Translations under genes and position numbers: made by a program
Shown here: in pieces, positions 34,929 to 43,908 of the stretch
Layout: each line of letters begins with the position of its first letter
How positions within the stretch are numbered: position 1 is the first letter of the stretch
Notes under the pieces: generated by a model
Told to the model about the DNA's origin: nothing
Databases searched by the model: none
What the model saw: only the letters and a program-made list of their open reading frames with translations
Assembly: GCA_038203945.1 (NCBI GenBank)
Contig: JBBRDJ010000004.1
Coordinates: 77 to 64,076 of the forward strand
DNA length: 64,000 bases
DNA from: Gemmatimonadales bacterium
Lineage (GTDB): Bacteria; Gemmatimonadota; Gemmatimonadetes; Gemmatimonadales; Gemmatimonadaceae
Direction: 5' to 3'

Positions 34929-36404
34929 ATGAGTCGCAGCGCGGTCTCCTTCGCTGCGGTCGCGGCCTGCGCCGCCTTGTTGCTTTCGCCACTGGCTGCC
35001 AGCCCCCTGCATTCGCAGACACGCAGCGGCGTGTTGTCGTCTGTCGACTCGGCGCTCGTGGGCCGCATTCTGCTCGCTGAAGACGCGCGCGACAGCTCAG
35101 ACGGTTCCCTGCGCTCGGCGCTCGGCCACCGCGATGCGCGTATTCGCTGGATGGCAGCCCGTGCACGCGAGCGCATTACCGATCCCGTGTTTGCGCGGCG
35201 GAACTCGATGGTAAATGCCCCGGATGTTGAGGCGCCGCCGGTGCACGCCGAACCCGCGTGGCGACTGCGCTATCGTGCGCTCACTGCACAGCGCAGCGAT
35301 TGTGGTGCGCTGCAGGTCGCGCTTGGCGACAGCGCGTGGCCGGTGCGCCTGCGAGCCGCCGATCTGGTTTCGGCCACGTGTGGTGCGGACGCCGCGCTGG
35401 TGGCGACGCTTTCCAAGATGATCGATGAGTTGCCCACCGACGCCTCTCGCCGAGAGCGCGGCCAGGCTTCGTGGCACGGTGCCGCGCATGCCCTCGTGGC
35501 GCTGGCGAGAGCGAATCCAGCTCAAGCCACACCGCGCGCGGCCACGCTGGCCCGGCATGCGCAACCGGAAGTACGCGAGTACACCGTGCGTGCCGCGGCG
35601 GTGCTGAAAGACTCCGCGCTACTTGTTGCGTTGGCACAGGACGCCAATCCCAATGTGCAGGCAGCAGCGATTGATGCGCTGCGTCAACTCACCGATCACC
35701 AGTACGATTCGCTGTTCGTTCGTGCACTCGACCGCGGTGCTCCACAGGTGGTGCGGGCGGCCGCGCTTGCGTTGGTTGGGAGCAATCGCGCCAACGTACG
35801 CGCCATCGCAGACTCCATGTACAGCCGTTGGCTCAACTACGGCAACGCGTCATTTCGCGATGTCCGGCACGCACTGCTGCGCGCGGCCGGTCGCGATACG
35901 GCCAGCGATCGTGGTGTACCACGGCGCCTGGTGCTTCCGCCGCGAGCTGTGGCTTTGGCACTGGGGCAGCGCGTGCTGGTGCGCGTGACCATGGCACCGG
36001 AGAGTGGCGGTGGTGAATTCGTTGTGCGCATGCGCGGTGATGTAGCGCCCATGATGGCGGCACATCTGGTGAATCTTGTGGAGCAGCAGTATTACGATGG
36101 ACTCACCTGGCACCGCGTGGAATATGATTTTGTGGTGCAAGGCGGCAGCCCGGGCGCCAACGAGTATGTTGGTGTGTATCACTTTTTACGCGATGCGCTG
36201 GGCCGAGTGCCACACGTGCGCGGAACTTTGGGCATGAGTACGCGCGGCCACGATACGGGCGATGCACAGTGGTTTATCAACGTGCGCGACAATCTGCGAC
36301 TAAATCCGAACTACACTATTTTTGGTGAAATTACAGAGGGAATGGACGTGGTAGATGGTATTCTCGAAGGGGACCGTATTGCCACCATGCGCGTTGTTCA
36401 GTAA
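34929..36404 (+). CDS. Secreted HEAT-repeat protein fused to a C-terminal cyclophilin-type peptidyl-prolyl isomerase domain
   Basis: Signal peptide MSRSAVSFAAVAACAALLLSPLAA, HEAT-like repeats (AWPVRLRAADLV, QPEVREYTVRAAAVL, DANPNVQAAAIDALRQL), and a cyclophilin core (YYDGLTWHRVEYDFVVQGGSP..GTLGMST..DAQWFIN..NYTIFGEI). Start trimmed to 34929. Confidence 0.85.
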   Translation: MSRSAVSFAAVAACAALLLSPLAASPLHSQTRSGVLSSVDSALVGRILLAEDARDSSDGSLRSALGHRDARIRWMAARARERITDPVFARRNSMVNAPDVEAPPVHAEPAWRLRYRALTAQRSDCGALQVALGDSAWPVRLRAADLVSATCGADAALVATLSKMIDELPTDASRRERGQASWHGAAHALVALARANPAQATPRAATLARHAQPEVREYTVRAAAVLKDSALLVALAQDANPNVQAAAIDALRQLTDHQYDSLFVRALDRGAPQVVRAAALALVGSNRANVRAIADSMYSRWLNYGNASFRDVRHALLRAAGRDTASDRGVPRRLVLPPRAVALALGQRVLVRVTMAPESGGGEFVVRMRGDVAPMMAAHLVNLVEQQYYDGLTWHRVEYDFVVQGGSPGANEYVGVYHFLRDALGRVPHVRGTLGMSTRGHDTGDAQWFINVRDNLRLNPNYTIFGEITEGMDVVDGILEGDRIATMRVVQ

Positions 36405-36414
36405 CCGTACTACG

Positions 36415-37788
36415 ATGCCCTCTGAACACGCCTACCCGGACACTGCTGCCGCATACCCGTTCTCATCAGACGCCACCAACGAACGCGGGCAGCCGCTGTA
36501 CCTGCCCGATGCCACGCAGCTCATTCCGCCGCCGCGTACCATCACCGCCATCACACTTGGTGCGGGCGCGCGGGGCAATGTGTACGGCAACTTTGCACTC
36601 GCGTATCCGGATCACCTGCGCATCGTGGGTGTCGCTGAACCGTCGCCAGTACGACGTGAAGGTTATGCCGATCGACACGGCGTACCGGCGTCCGAGCGGT
36701 TTACCGATTGGTCGGAGGTCTTTGCGCGTCCGAAGTTCGCTGATGCCGTGATCGTGAGCACGCCGGATCTGCTGCACTTTGCACCGTGTATGGCGGCGCT
36801 CAAGGCGGGGTACGACGTACTGCTCGAAAAGCCCATTGCCCCCACGGAACACGAGTGTCGGCAACTGCTGGACATGGCGCGCACTACCAAACGGATTGTG
36901 GCCGTGTGTCATGTATTGCGCTACGCACCGTATTTCGCGCACATGCGCACGCTTATTCGTTCGGGCGCCGTGGGACGGCTGATCAGTGTACAGCACATGG
37001 AACCGATCGGACATGTGCACATGGCCCACTCATACGTGCGTGGCAATTGGCGCAACAGTGCCACCACCACGCCCATCATTCTCGCCAAGTCAAGTCACGA
37101 CCTCGACATACTGCGCTGGCTCGTTGACAGACCCACAGAACAGGTGCAGGCATTCGGTGACCTGACGTGGTTCCGCAAGGAGAACGCGCCCGAGGGCAGC
37201 ACGGCACGTTGCATGGACGGATGCGCCGTGGAGTCAACCTGCCCGTATTCAGCGCGTCGCATTTATCTCGAGCAACGCATGCGACTGTACGTATTCAATC
37301 TTGCGGACGACGAGCCGGCGCGCAGCGATGACATTCTTACGGCACTCGCGACCACTGACTATGGCCGCTGTGTGTATCGCATGGATAACGATCAGTGCGA
37401 TCACTACACGGTGAATTTGCGTTTTGCCGACCAGATCACGGCTACGTTTTCCATGGACGCCTTCACGCCCATGTCGGGTCGGCGCACGCGCGTGATGGGC
37501 TCGTACGGCTATCTCGACGGCGACATGCAGCATCTTGTCGCGCACGATTTCCGTACGGGCAAGGTCACGGAGTGGATCAGTGATGTGGTCGAAGAGAGCG
37601 ACGACGATGCGAAATCGGGGCACGGCGGCGGCGATTGGCGCATGGTAGCCGATTTTGTGCAAGCGGTGGCGCATCAGGACGCACGGCGGCTCTCCTCCAC
37701 CATTGATCAATCCATCGAAAGCCATCTCATGGCCTTTGCGGCGGAGCGGAGTCGGGCGCGAGGGACGGTCGAGACAGTCACCGTGTAG
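36415..37788 (+). CDS. Gfo/Idh/MocA family oxidoreductase
   Basis: Rossmann motif ITLGAGARGNVYG, EKP motif (VLLEKPIAPT), and a C-terminal alpha/beta domain. Start trimmed to the ATG at 36415, 11 nt after the upstream stop. Confidence 0.85.
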   Translation: MPSEHAYPDTAAAYPFSSDATNERGQPLYLPDATQLIPPPRTITAITLGAGARGNVYGNFALAYPDHLRIVGVAEPSPVRREGYADRHGVPASERFTDWSEVFARPKFADAVIVSTPDLLHFAPCMAALKAGYDVLLEKPIAPTEHECRQLLDMARTTKRIVAVCHVLRYAPYFAHMRTLIRSGAVGRLISVQHMEPIGHVHMAHSYVRGNWRNSATTTPIILAKSSHDLDILRWLVDRPTEQVQAFGDLTWFRKENAPEGSTARCMDGCAVESTCPYSARRIYLEQRMRLYVFNLADDEPARSDDILTALATTDYGRCVYRMDNDQCDHYTVNLRFADQITATFSMDAFTPMSGRRTRVMGSYGYLDGDMQHLVAHDFRTGKVTEWISDVVEESDDDAKSGHGGGDWRMVADFVQAVAHQDARRLSSTIDQSIESHLMAFAAERSRARGTVETVTV

Positions 37789-37799
37789 GGGAACTGCCT

Positions 37800-38217
37800 T
37801 TACCGCAGAGTCGCAGAGAACTGCAAAATTTGTTGGAAGTGTGCGTGCGAGACTCGTCCTTGCCCTCCGAGCTGACCCACCCCAAATCCTTTGCAGTTGT
37901 ATCTCTCCGTGCCCTCTGCGACTCTGTGGTTACCGCTTAGTCGCAGAGCAGCAGAGAACTGCAAATTTGTTGGAAGTGTGCGTGCGAGACTCGTCCTTGC
38001 ACTCTGAGCTGACCCACCCCAAATCCTTTGCAGTTGTATCTCTCCGCGCCCTCGGCGGCTCTGTGGTTACCGCCGAGTCACAGAGTCGCAGAGAACTGCA
38101 AAATTTTTTGGAAGTGTGCGTGCGAGACTCGTCATTGACCTCCGAGTCGAACCACCCCAAATCCTTTGCAGTTGTATTCCTCCGCGCCCTCGGCGGCTCT
38201 GTGGTTACCTACCGCAG
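37800..38217 (+). repeat. Family-B structured repeat, 3 tandem units (about 137-138 bp), each a roughly 129-nt hairpin; related to family A
   Basis: gaactgcaaa recurs at 37818, 37956 and 38093. The arm accgcagagtcgcagag (37802-37818) pairs with ctctgcgactctgtggt (37914-37930), and the inner aactgcaaa pairs with tttgcagtt. The ggt stop codon (38209-38211) lies inside the last unit. Confidence 0.92.
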
Positions 38218-39984
38218 TTGACCCGCCGCCCCTGCATCCCGATCACGCGGATCCGGCGCCCCCGTACGCACACCACGCGCGTCAACGTGCACCGAATGCG
38301 CCGTACCCTGCCTACCGCCCATGCGAACGGTATGCCCCATCGCCTCAAGCGCACTCTGCGTTGCCGGTGTGAACGCGTCGGCCTCCGCAGACAGCCGATC
38401 GGGTAACCACTGATGATGGAAGCGTGAGGCGTTGACCGCGTCCTGAATTGGCATTTCAAAGTCGATGATGTTGAGCACTACCAGCAGCACCGTGTTAATG
38501 ATCGTGCGACCACCCGGGCTGCCAACAACCGCCACAAGCTGCCCATCTTTTGCGACGATCGCCGGCGTCATGCTCGACAACATGCGCTTGCCCGGACGCG
38601 CCACGTTGGCAGCGGTACCGATGAGGCCTGTGCTGTCGGTGTAGCCCGGCTTGCCGTTGAAGTCCCCCATCTCATTGTTGAGCAGGAAACCGGCACCTTC
38701 AACCACCGCACCCAGTCCGTACCCCGCTTCGAGCGTGTACGTCACCGACACCGCATTGCCCTGTGCATCGACCACTGAATAGTGAGTGGTCTCGTCGCTC
38801 TCGTAATCAGCCACGAGCTCACGCACCCGTGACACTGACGCACGCTGCTCATCGATCGTACTGCGAAGCTCGGCGGCGTATTCCTTGCTCATCAGTCGGC
38901 TGATCGGGAGCTCATTGAAATCCGGATCGCCCAGGTGCTGCGCGCGATCGCGAAACGCGCGACGCATGCTTTCGGCCACGAGATGCACGTAGCGTGTGGA
39001 GTTGTGACCGGCTGCACGCAGATCGTAACCTTCCAGAATGTTGAGCATTTCAATCATCGCCACGCCGCCCGAACTTGGCGGCGGCATGGAAATGACATCG
39101 TAGCCGCGATACATACCCGTGACTGCCGCGCGCTCTTTTGCCTCATAGCCCGCGAGATCGGCGGCGGTGATCAGTCCACCGTTGCGCTGCATCTCCGCCA
39201 CGATCAAACGCGAAGTTTCTCCAGTGTAAAAACCATCGCGACCCTGATCGCGAATGCGTGTCAATGTTTTCGCGAGGTCACCAAGCTTGAGTGTGTCGCC
39301 TTCGGCGTAGGGCTCACCGTTCTTGTAGTAGGCCGAGAGCGACGCCGGAAAGCGAGCGAGCTTGGCCCGCGTTCCGCGCAACGAACCAGCGAGTCCGGCG
39401 GGCACAGCGAAGCCGTTTGACGCGAGCTTCACCGCCGGCTCTACCAGCGTCTTCCAGTCCCGCGAGCCGTACTTCGCATGAGCCAACGCAAAGCCGGCGA
39501 CCGTGCCCGGCACACCCACGGCCACGTGTGTGTTGTGGTGCACGCGCGATGAGTAGGCGCCGGTGGAATCGAGAAACATGCCGGGGCTGGACGCCGCCGG
39601 TGCACGCTCACGGAAATCGATCGTTGTCGTGCGTCCGTCGGACAGACGCACCACCATGAATCCGCCACCACCAATGTTTCCGGCGGTGGGATAGGTGACG
39701 GCCAGTGCGAATCCGGTTGCAATGGCCGCATCAATCGCGTTGCCACCCGCATCAAGCACATCGCGTCCAGCCTGACTGGCGAGGTCGCTGGCCGAAACGA
39801 CCATGCCGCCCGTGCTCTGCGTGGGCCCCAGCGATTGAGGCGTCGCGTCGGGTGTGCCCGTCCGCTGACATGACGCGAGCAGCAACGTCGCACAGACAGC
39901 GTGCAATCTCGCGCGGCGCCAGACAGATTGTGTGCGCACCGTTCGTGTTGTCCTCACAACCGTGTTGATGTGTGCGAAACGCAT
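38209..39984 (-). CDS. ggt: Gamma-glutamyltranspeptidase
   Basis: Autoprocessing/catalytic region ..DETTHYSVVDAQGNAVSVTYTLE.., GGFMV, and PGGRTIINTVL. Start trimmed to the ATG at 39982-39984, which shares one base with the upstream stop (TGATG). Confidence 0.92.
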   Translation of the reverse strand: MRFAHINTVVRTTRTVRTQSVWRRARLHAVCATLLLASCQRTGTPDATPQSLGPTQSTGGMVVSASDLASQAGRDVLDAGGNAIDAAIATGFALAVTYPTAGNIGGGGFMVVRLSDGRTTTIDFRERAPAASSPGMFLDSTGAYSSRVHHNTHVAVGVPGTVAGFALAHAKYGSRDWKTLVEPAVKLASNGFAVPAGLAGSLRGTRAKLARFPASLSAYYKNGEPYAEGDTLKLGDLAKTLTRIRDQGRDGFYTGETSRLIVAEMQRNGGLITAADLAGYEAKERAAVTGMYRGYDVISMPPPSSGGVAMIEMLNILEGYDLRAAGHNSTRYVHLVAESMRRAFRDRAQHLGDPDFNELPISRLMSKEYAAELRSTIDEQRASVSRVRELVADYESDETTHYSVVDAQGNAVSVTYTLEAGYGLGAVVEGAGFLLNNEMGDFNGKPGYTDSTGLIGTAANVARPGKRMLSSMTPAIVAKDGQLVAVVGSPGGRTIINTVLLVVLNIIDFEMPIQDAVNASRFHHQWLPDRLSAEADAFTPATQSALEAMGHTVRMGGRQGTAHSVHVDARGVRTGAPDPRDRDAGAAGQLR

Positions 39985-42128
39985 CACGGCGTCACCGGCG
40001 CGCGTGGCTCCAGCTTGGCGGCCCACAAGCCGCTGTTGAAGTCGGTGAACAGGATCTTCCCCTTCCATGGCATCACGTTCATCACAAACGGCGCATTCGA
40101 TGTCAGCGCCGTTGGATCATACGGCTTGAACACCGCAATCTCACGGCCTTGGTCGGCCAGATTGCCCAGCAGCTCGCCGCTCACGTCTACAATGCGCACA
40201 CCGCCGTCGTAGTAAGCCTGATAGAGCACGTCGTCTTCCACGATGATGTCGTGAGAACCATAGTCTTCGAGATGATAGCGGCCGACTTTGCGCGGGTTCA
40301 TCGGATCGGTGAAGTCCACGATGTGCACATAGCCGCCGGACGTCTGCGCCACGCCGCCCGCCGAACCGAGCGTTGAGCGATAGTTGGTGCCTTCCCACAC
40401 ACGGCCCTCGCGGTTCATTTCCTCGTCGCCCAGAAACAGGTACGTCTTGCCCGTGGACTTCTGAACGTATGGATAGATCTCGTGCCCGGAGTTGATCGGG
40501 AAGGTGTTGATGAGTTTCGGCTTCTCGATGGTGCCGCCGTATTTACCGTTACCCACGTCCACGGCCACAGCACCCACGCCACCCTGCGCGCTGTAGGCGA
40601 TGCCGTCGTTTACCCACAGGTCGTGAATGCGCGCGTTGGGGTGCTGATACTCGCTCACGTACCTGGGATTGTAGATGTCCTTCACGTCGATGATCACGTA
40701 CTTCTGCCCACCGGAAATGGCAAACAGGTGATCGTTGGTGGCAAACATGTTGTGCACGCCGCCGGTGAGTTCCTGACTGAATGACGAGGCGATCTTTGGA
40801 TGCGCGGGATCTGCGAGGTCGAGAATCACCACGCCGTTCACACGATTGGACGCGCCCTCGCGCGCCAGCACACCGTAGCGTCCGTCGGGCGAGATCGTCA
40901 CGTCATTGATCGTGCGGGCGTCGATCTTGATGGAATCCGTCTTCACGATGTTGTTCATGTCCGTGATGTCGAAGACGAGTCCGTATCCGTTCCCGCCCCA
41001 CGTGCCCACCAGGCAATAGTCGCGTCCGTCCTTGCCGGTCCACGGCCACAAGTCCGAGGTAGCGGTGGTATTCACCACGCCGCGGCTGGTCACGGTAAAA
41101 CGTCGGCGCACATCGCGGGGCGCGACATCCACCACGGCGCGTGACACCACGTTGCCCGACGTAGCAATGAGTGTGAACTGCCCGGGCGCGTTGGCAGCAA
41201 ACAGGCCGTTGTCGATAATGCCGGGGCCGCCTGGCGCCACGGTCGTATCGTCGGGTGTGTAGATGTAGCTCCACTCCAGCGCTGCGCCACTCACCTCGCG
41301 GCCGTTTGCGTCAAGCGCGCGGGCCGTGAGATGCACCACGTCGCCGGTGCGCACCGAGTTGGCCGCAATCTCCATCGCGATCCGGGTCACGGGATTCACC
41401 GTCACCGTGTACTGCTTCGTGGCCGATGTACCTTCCGACTCGGCGGTAATGGTTACAGCACCCGCTTTGTAGGCCGTCACGTTGCCAAATCGGTCCACGC
41501 TCGCGATTGCGTCGGTTGAACTGCGCCACGTGGCCTTGAGGCCCGGACGTTCGCTGCCGTCGGCGTGAAAACCCATCGCTGAGTGCGCGAGCATTACGCC
41601 TTCCACCAGCTTGCCGTCTGCTGCGGCAATCTCCAATCGCGTGAGCGTGGGCCAGCTCACGATCACTGGGATCTCGAGCGTGATCGGCTCCGTGCCCGGT
41701 GGGTTGCTCGCCGTGGCGACGGCCGTATACGAACCGGCACGAAACGCACGGATCTCGTCGCCAATGAAAACAACCGCGCCACGCTGTCCACCTACGCGCA
41801 CCACCGCGTCGGGCACCACTTTGCCCGTGGCATCATAGGCCGTGACCTTGAATGGCTGGGCTTGTCCCGCCTGAATGGTCACGCGGGCCGGTTCGGCCAC
41901 CAGTTTGGTGACGACAACGGGCACTTGCGCGGTGAGCGGTTGAACAGCCGGTATAAGCAGGCACAACAGTGCGGTCAGTAGAGGCGTTCGCAGCCCGTGT
42001 GCCGCCGCCCGGTAGATGCGCTGCAGGCTGCGCTGCAAGTTGCGCTGCAGGTTGCGCTGCATGTTTCTTTGCATCCGGCGCTGCATATTCTCTTTTGTAG
42101 TCAGCGGTGGATTCATTGGTAGTGTCAT
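39984..42128 (-). CDS. Secreted/anchored protein with Big_2 Ig-like domains and a C-terminal LVIVD-repeat beta-propeller
   Basis: Trimmed to the ATG at 42126-42128 (MTLPMNPP..). Signal-anchor LLTALLCLLIPAV. About three Ig-like modules (..VTAYDATGKVV.., ..ASVDRFGNVTAYKAGAVTITAES..). LVIVD-like repeats (GVVILDLADPAHPKI, KYVIIDVKDIYNPRYV, GYVHIVDFTDPMNPRKV, GVRIVDVSG). Confidence 0.82.
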   Translation of the reverse strand: MTLPMNPPLTTKENMQRRMQRNMQRNLQRNLQRSLQRIYRAAAHGLRTPLLTALLCLLIPAVQPLTAQVPVVVTKLVAEPARVTIQAGQAQPFKVTAYDATGKVVPDAVVRVGGQRGAVVFIGDEIRAFRAGSYTAVATASNPPGTEPITLEIPVIVSWPTLTRLEIAAADGKLVEGVMLAHSAMGFHADGSERPGLKATWRSSTDAIASVDRFGNVTAYKAGAVTITAESEGTSATKQYTVTVNPVTRIAMEIAANSVRTGDVVHLTARALDANGREVSGAALEWSYIYTPDDTTVAPGGPGIIDNGLFAANAPGQFTLIATSGNVVSRAVVDVAPRDVRRRFTVTSRGVVNTTATSDLWPWTGKDGRDYCLVGTWGGNGYGLVFDITDMNNIVKTDSIKIDARTINDVTISPDGRYGVLAREGASNRVNGVVILDLADPAHPKIASSFSQELTGGVHNMFATNDHLFAISGGQKYVIIDVKDIYNPRYVSEYQHPNARIHDLWVNDGIAYSAQGGVGAVAVDVGNGKYGGTIEKPKLINTFPINSGHEIYPYVQKSTGKTYLFLGDEEMNREGRVWEGTNYRSTLGSAGGVAQTSGGYVHIVDFTDPMNPRKVGRYHLEDYGSHDIIVEDDVLYQAYYDGGVRIVDVSGELLGNLADQGREIAVFKPYDPTALTSNAPFVMNVMPWKGKILFTDFNSGLWAAKLEPRAPVTP
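42015..42086 (-). repeat. 12-bp tandem repeat x6 encoding (M/L)QR(R/N/S) in the N-terminus of the LVIVD protein
   Basis: The minus strand reads atgcagcgccgg atgcaaagaaac atgcagcgcaac ctgcagcgcaac ttgcagcgcagc ctgcagcgcatc. Three of the units begin with in-frame ATG. Confidence 0.85.
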
Positions 42129-42240
42129 GTGAGACGACCCCGCAGCCCAGGGCAGAGGTGAGCGCGATGCACAGGCAGGCGCATGCAGCGCGGACTTCCA
42201 TTCGATGATCCCGGCCAGACCGGGTCGGAGTACACGGATC

Positions 42241-43584
42241 ATGCAGTTCAGGCAGTCTGTTGGCAAGAAGAACGCGAGTGGGCGGTGGAGTGCTGCAACG
42301 AGCACCACCGTGGCCGTGGCCGCTTGGTGCGCGATCTCCGCAGCTACCTCGCCCCCCGGGCCCCTGCGGGCGCAAACCGCAGGCGCATCTGTCGCCCGAA
42401 TCGGCGCCGCACCCACGCGCCAATATTGGGTGTACGTGGGCGCGGAATCGGCCGACCAGCTGTATCGCGTGCGGTTTGGTCCCAAGGGAACCGAAGTCGA
42501 AAAGACGATTCCCGTGGGCGAGCTGGCCGCCGAAATGGAAGGTCCGCACGGCCTCGCCATCTCGGCTGACGAAAAGTATCTGCACCTCACCACCGGCCAC
42601 GGCTTCCCGGACGGCAAATACTGGCGTTACGACCTGGGCCCCGACACGCTGCTCGGCCCTGGATTGCTGCTTGGCAACTTTCCCGCCTCGCTCGATGTGA
42701 CGCCAGACGGACTGTACGCGATTGTTGCCAACTTCAACCTGCACGGCGATATGGTGCCGAGCACGATGTCGGTGATCTATACCCCCACGCAGACTGAGAT
42801 CACACGCGTGGTCACGTGTGTGATGCCGCACGGCAGCCGCTTCACGCCCGACGGGCTGTTCCAGTATTCGTCGTGCATGATGGATGATCAGCTGGTGGAG
42901 ATTGACGCGCGTGCGTTTGAAGTGTCGCGACGTTTTTCGTTGGCGAAAGGCAAGGAAGGTCCGGTGGATGTGAACACCACCATGTCGGGTATGGGTGGCA
43001 TGTCGCAAGATGCGCACGCCAGACATGGCGCCGCCTCCGCTGCCACCGCTACTGGCACATCGCGTGTCACCGCGCCCGTTGATCCCGCACAACTCGGTGG
43101 CGCTGCGCTGGGCATGAAGCACGACATGGCGCCCAACACGTGTTCACCCACGTGGTCGCAGCCATCGGTGGACGGCCGGTTCGTGTATGTGGCGTGCAAC
43201 AAGGGAGACGAGATTGTGGAGGTGTCCCGCGCGTCATGGAGCATCACTCGGCGTTTCCCGACCGGTCGCGGCGTCTATAATCTCGCCACGACGCCCGACG
43301 GGAAAATGCTGGTGGCAACGCTCAAGCAGGGCTCAGGTATTGAGCTCTTCGATCTCGTGGCTGGCCGGAGCGTTGCACAGCTCAAGACGTCCACCACGCT
43401 GGCCCATGGTGTCGCTGTGAGCAGTGACAGCCGCTACGCGTTTGTGAGCAGCGAAGGGGTGGGTTCGGCACCGGGCAAGGTCGATGTGGTCGATCTGGCA
43501 GCGCGGCGTATTGTTGGTACAGCCGATGTGGGTCCGCAGGCCAGCGGCATCGCGTACTGGAAGTCGGAGCCGATCACGCCGTGA
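42241..43584 (+). CDS. YVTN-family beta-propeller repeat protein with Met/His-rich insert
   Basis: Repeats such as PHGLAISADEKYLHLT, PASLDVTPDGLYAIVAN, VYNLATTPDGKMLVAT and AHGVAVSSDSRYAFVSS. Start trimmed to the ATG at 42241; the exact start is uncertain. Confidence 0.78.
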   Translation: MQFRQSVGKKNASGRWSAATSTTVAVAAWCAISAATSPPGPLRAQTAGASVARIGAAPTRQYWVYVGAESADQLYRVRFGPKGTEVEKTIPVGELAAEMEGPHGLAISADEKYLHLTTGHGFPDGKYWRYDLGPDTLLGPGLLLGNFPASLDVTPDGLYAIVANFNLHGDMVPSTMSVIYTPTQTEITRVVTCVMPHGSRFTPDGLFQYSSCMMDDQLVEIDARAFEVSRRFSLAKGKEGPVDVNTTMSGMGGMSQDAHARHGAASAATATGTSRVTAPVDPAQLGGAALGMKHDMAPNTCSPTWSQPSVDGRFVYVACNKGDEIVEVSRASWSITRRFPTGRGVYNLATTPDGKMLVATLKQGSGIELFDLVAGRSVAQLKTSTTLAHGVAVSSDSRYAFVSSEGVGSAPGKVDVVDLAARRIVGTADVGPQASGIAYWKSEPITP

Positions 43585-43608
43585 CCGTTGTTTGTCCGGT
43601 GCGCGATT

Positions 43609-43908
43609 TCATTCATTCTGCAGTGCGGTCACGAGGTCTCGTGCGTCGTGGAGAATGCGTGCGATTTGTAGCGTGTTGGGTGCGGGCATTTGGTAGTAGA
43701 TGCGGATCTGAGAAAACCCTGTGACGGCCCAAGAGCGGTGCTGATGGAGTGAGGGCGCACCGGCAAGCGGATTCATCTCCACGAACGACACTGCTTCGAG
43801 AACAGCATCGGGGAAACGTTCGGCGGCCTCGTACGCAAACTCATCGAGCAAATACCCCACAATCGCACTGATGTCGCGAATGGCGACGGGAAGAAACAGA
43901 GTCCTCAC
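43609..43908 (-). CDS. parE: Type II toxin, ParE/RelE superfamily
   Basis: 99 aa with ParE-like features (..AIRDISAIVGYL.., ..FRIYYQ-like IRIYYQM.., ..IARILHDARD). The GTG start overlaps the ParD stop (GTGA). Confidence 0.8.
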   Translation of the reverse strand: MRTLFLPVAIRDISAIVGYLLDEFAYEAAERFPDAVLEAVSFVEMNPLAGAPSLHQHRSWAVTGFSQIRIYYQMPAPNTLQIARILHDARDLVTALQNE

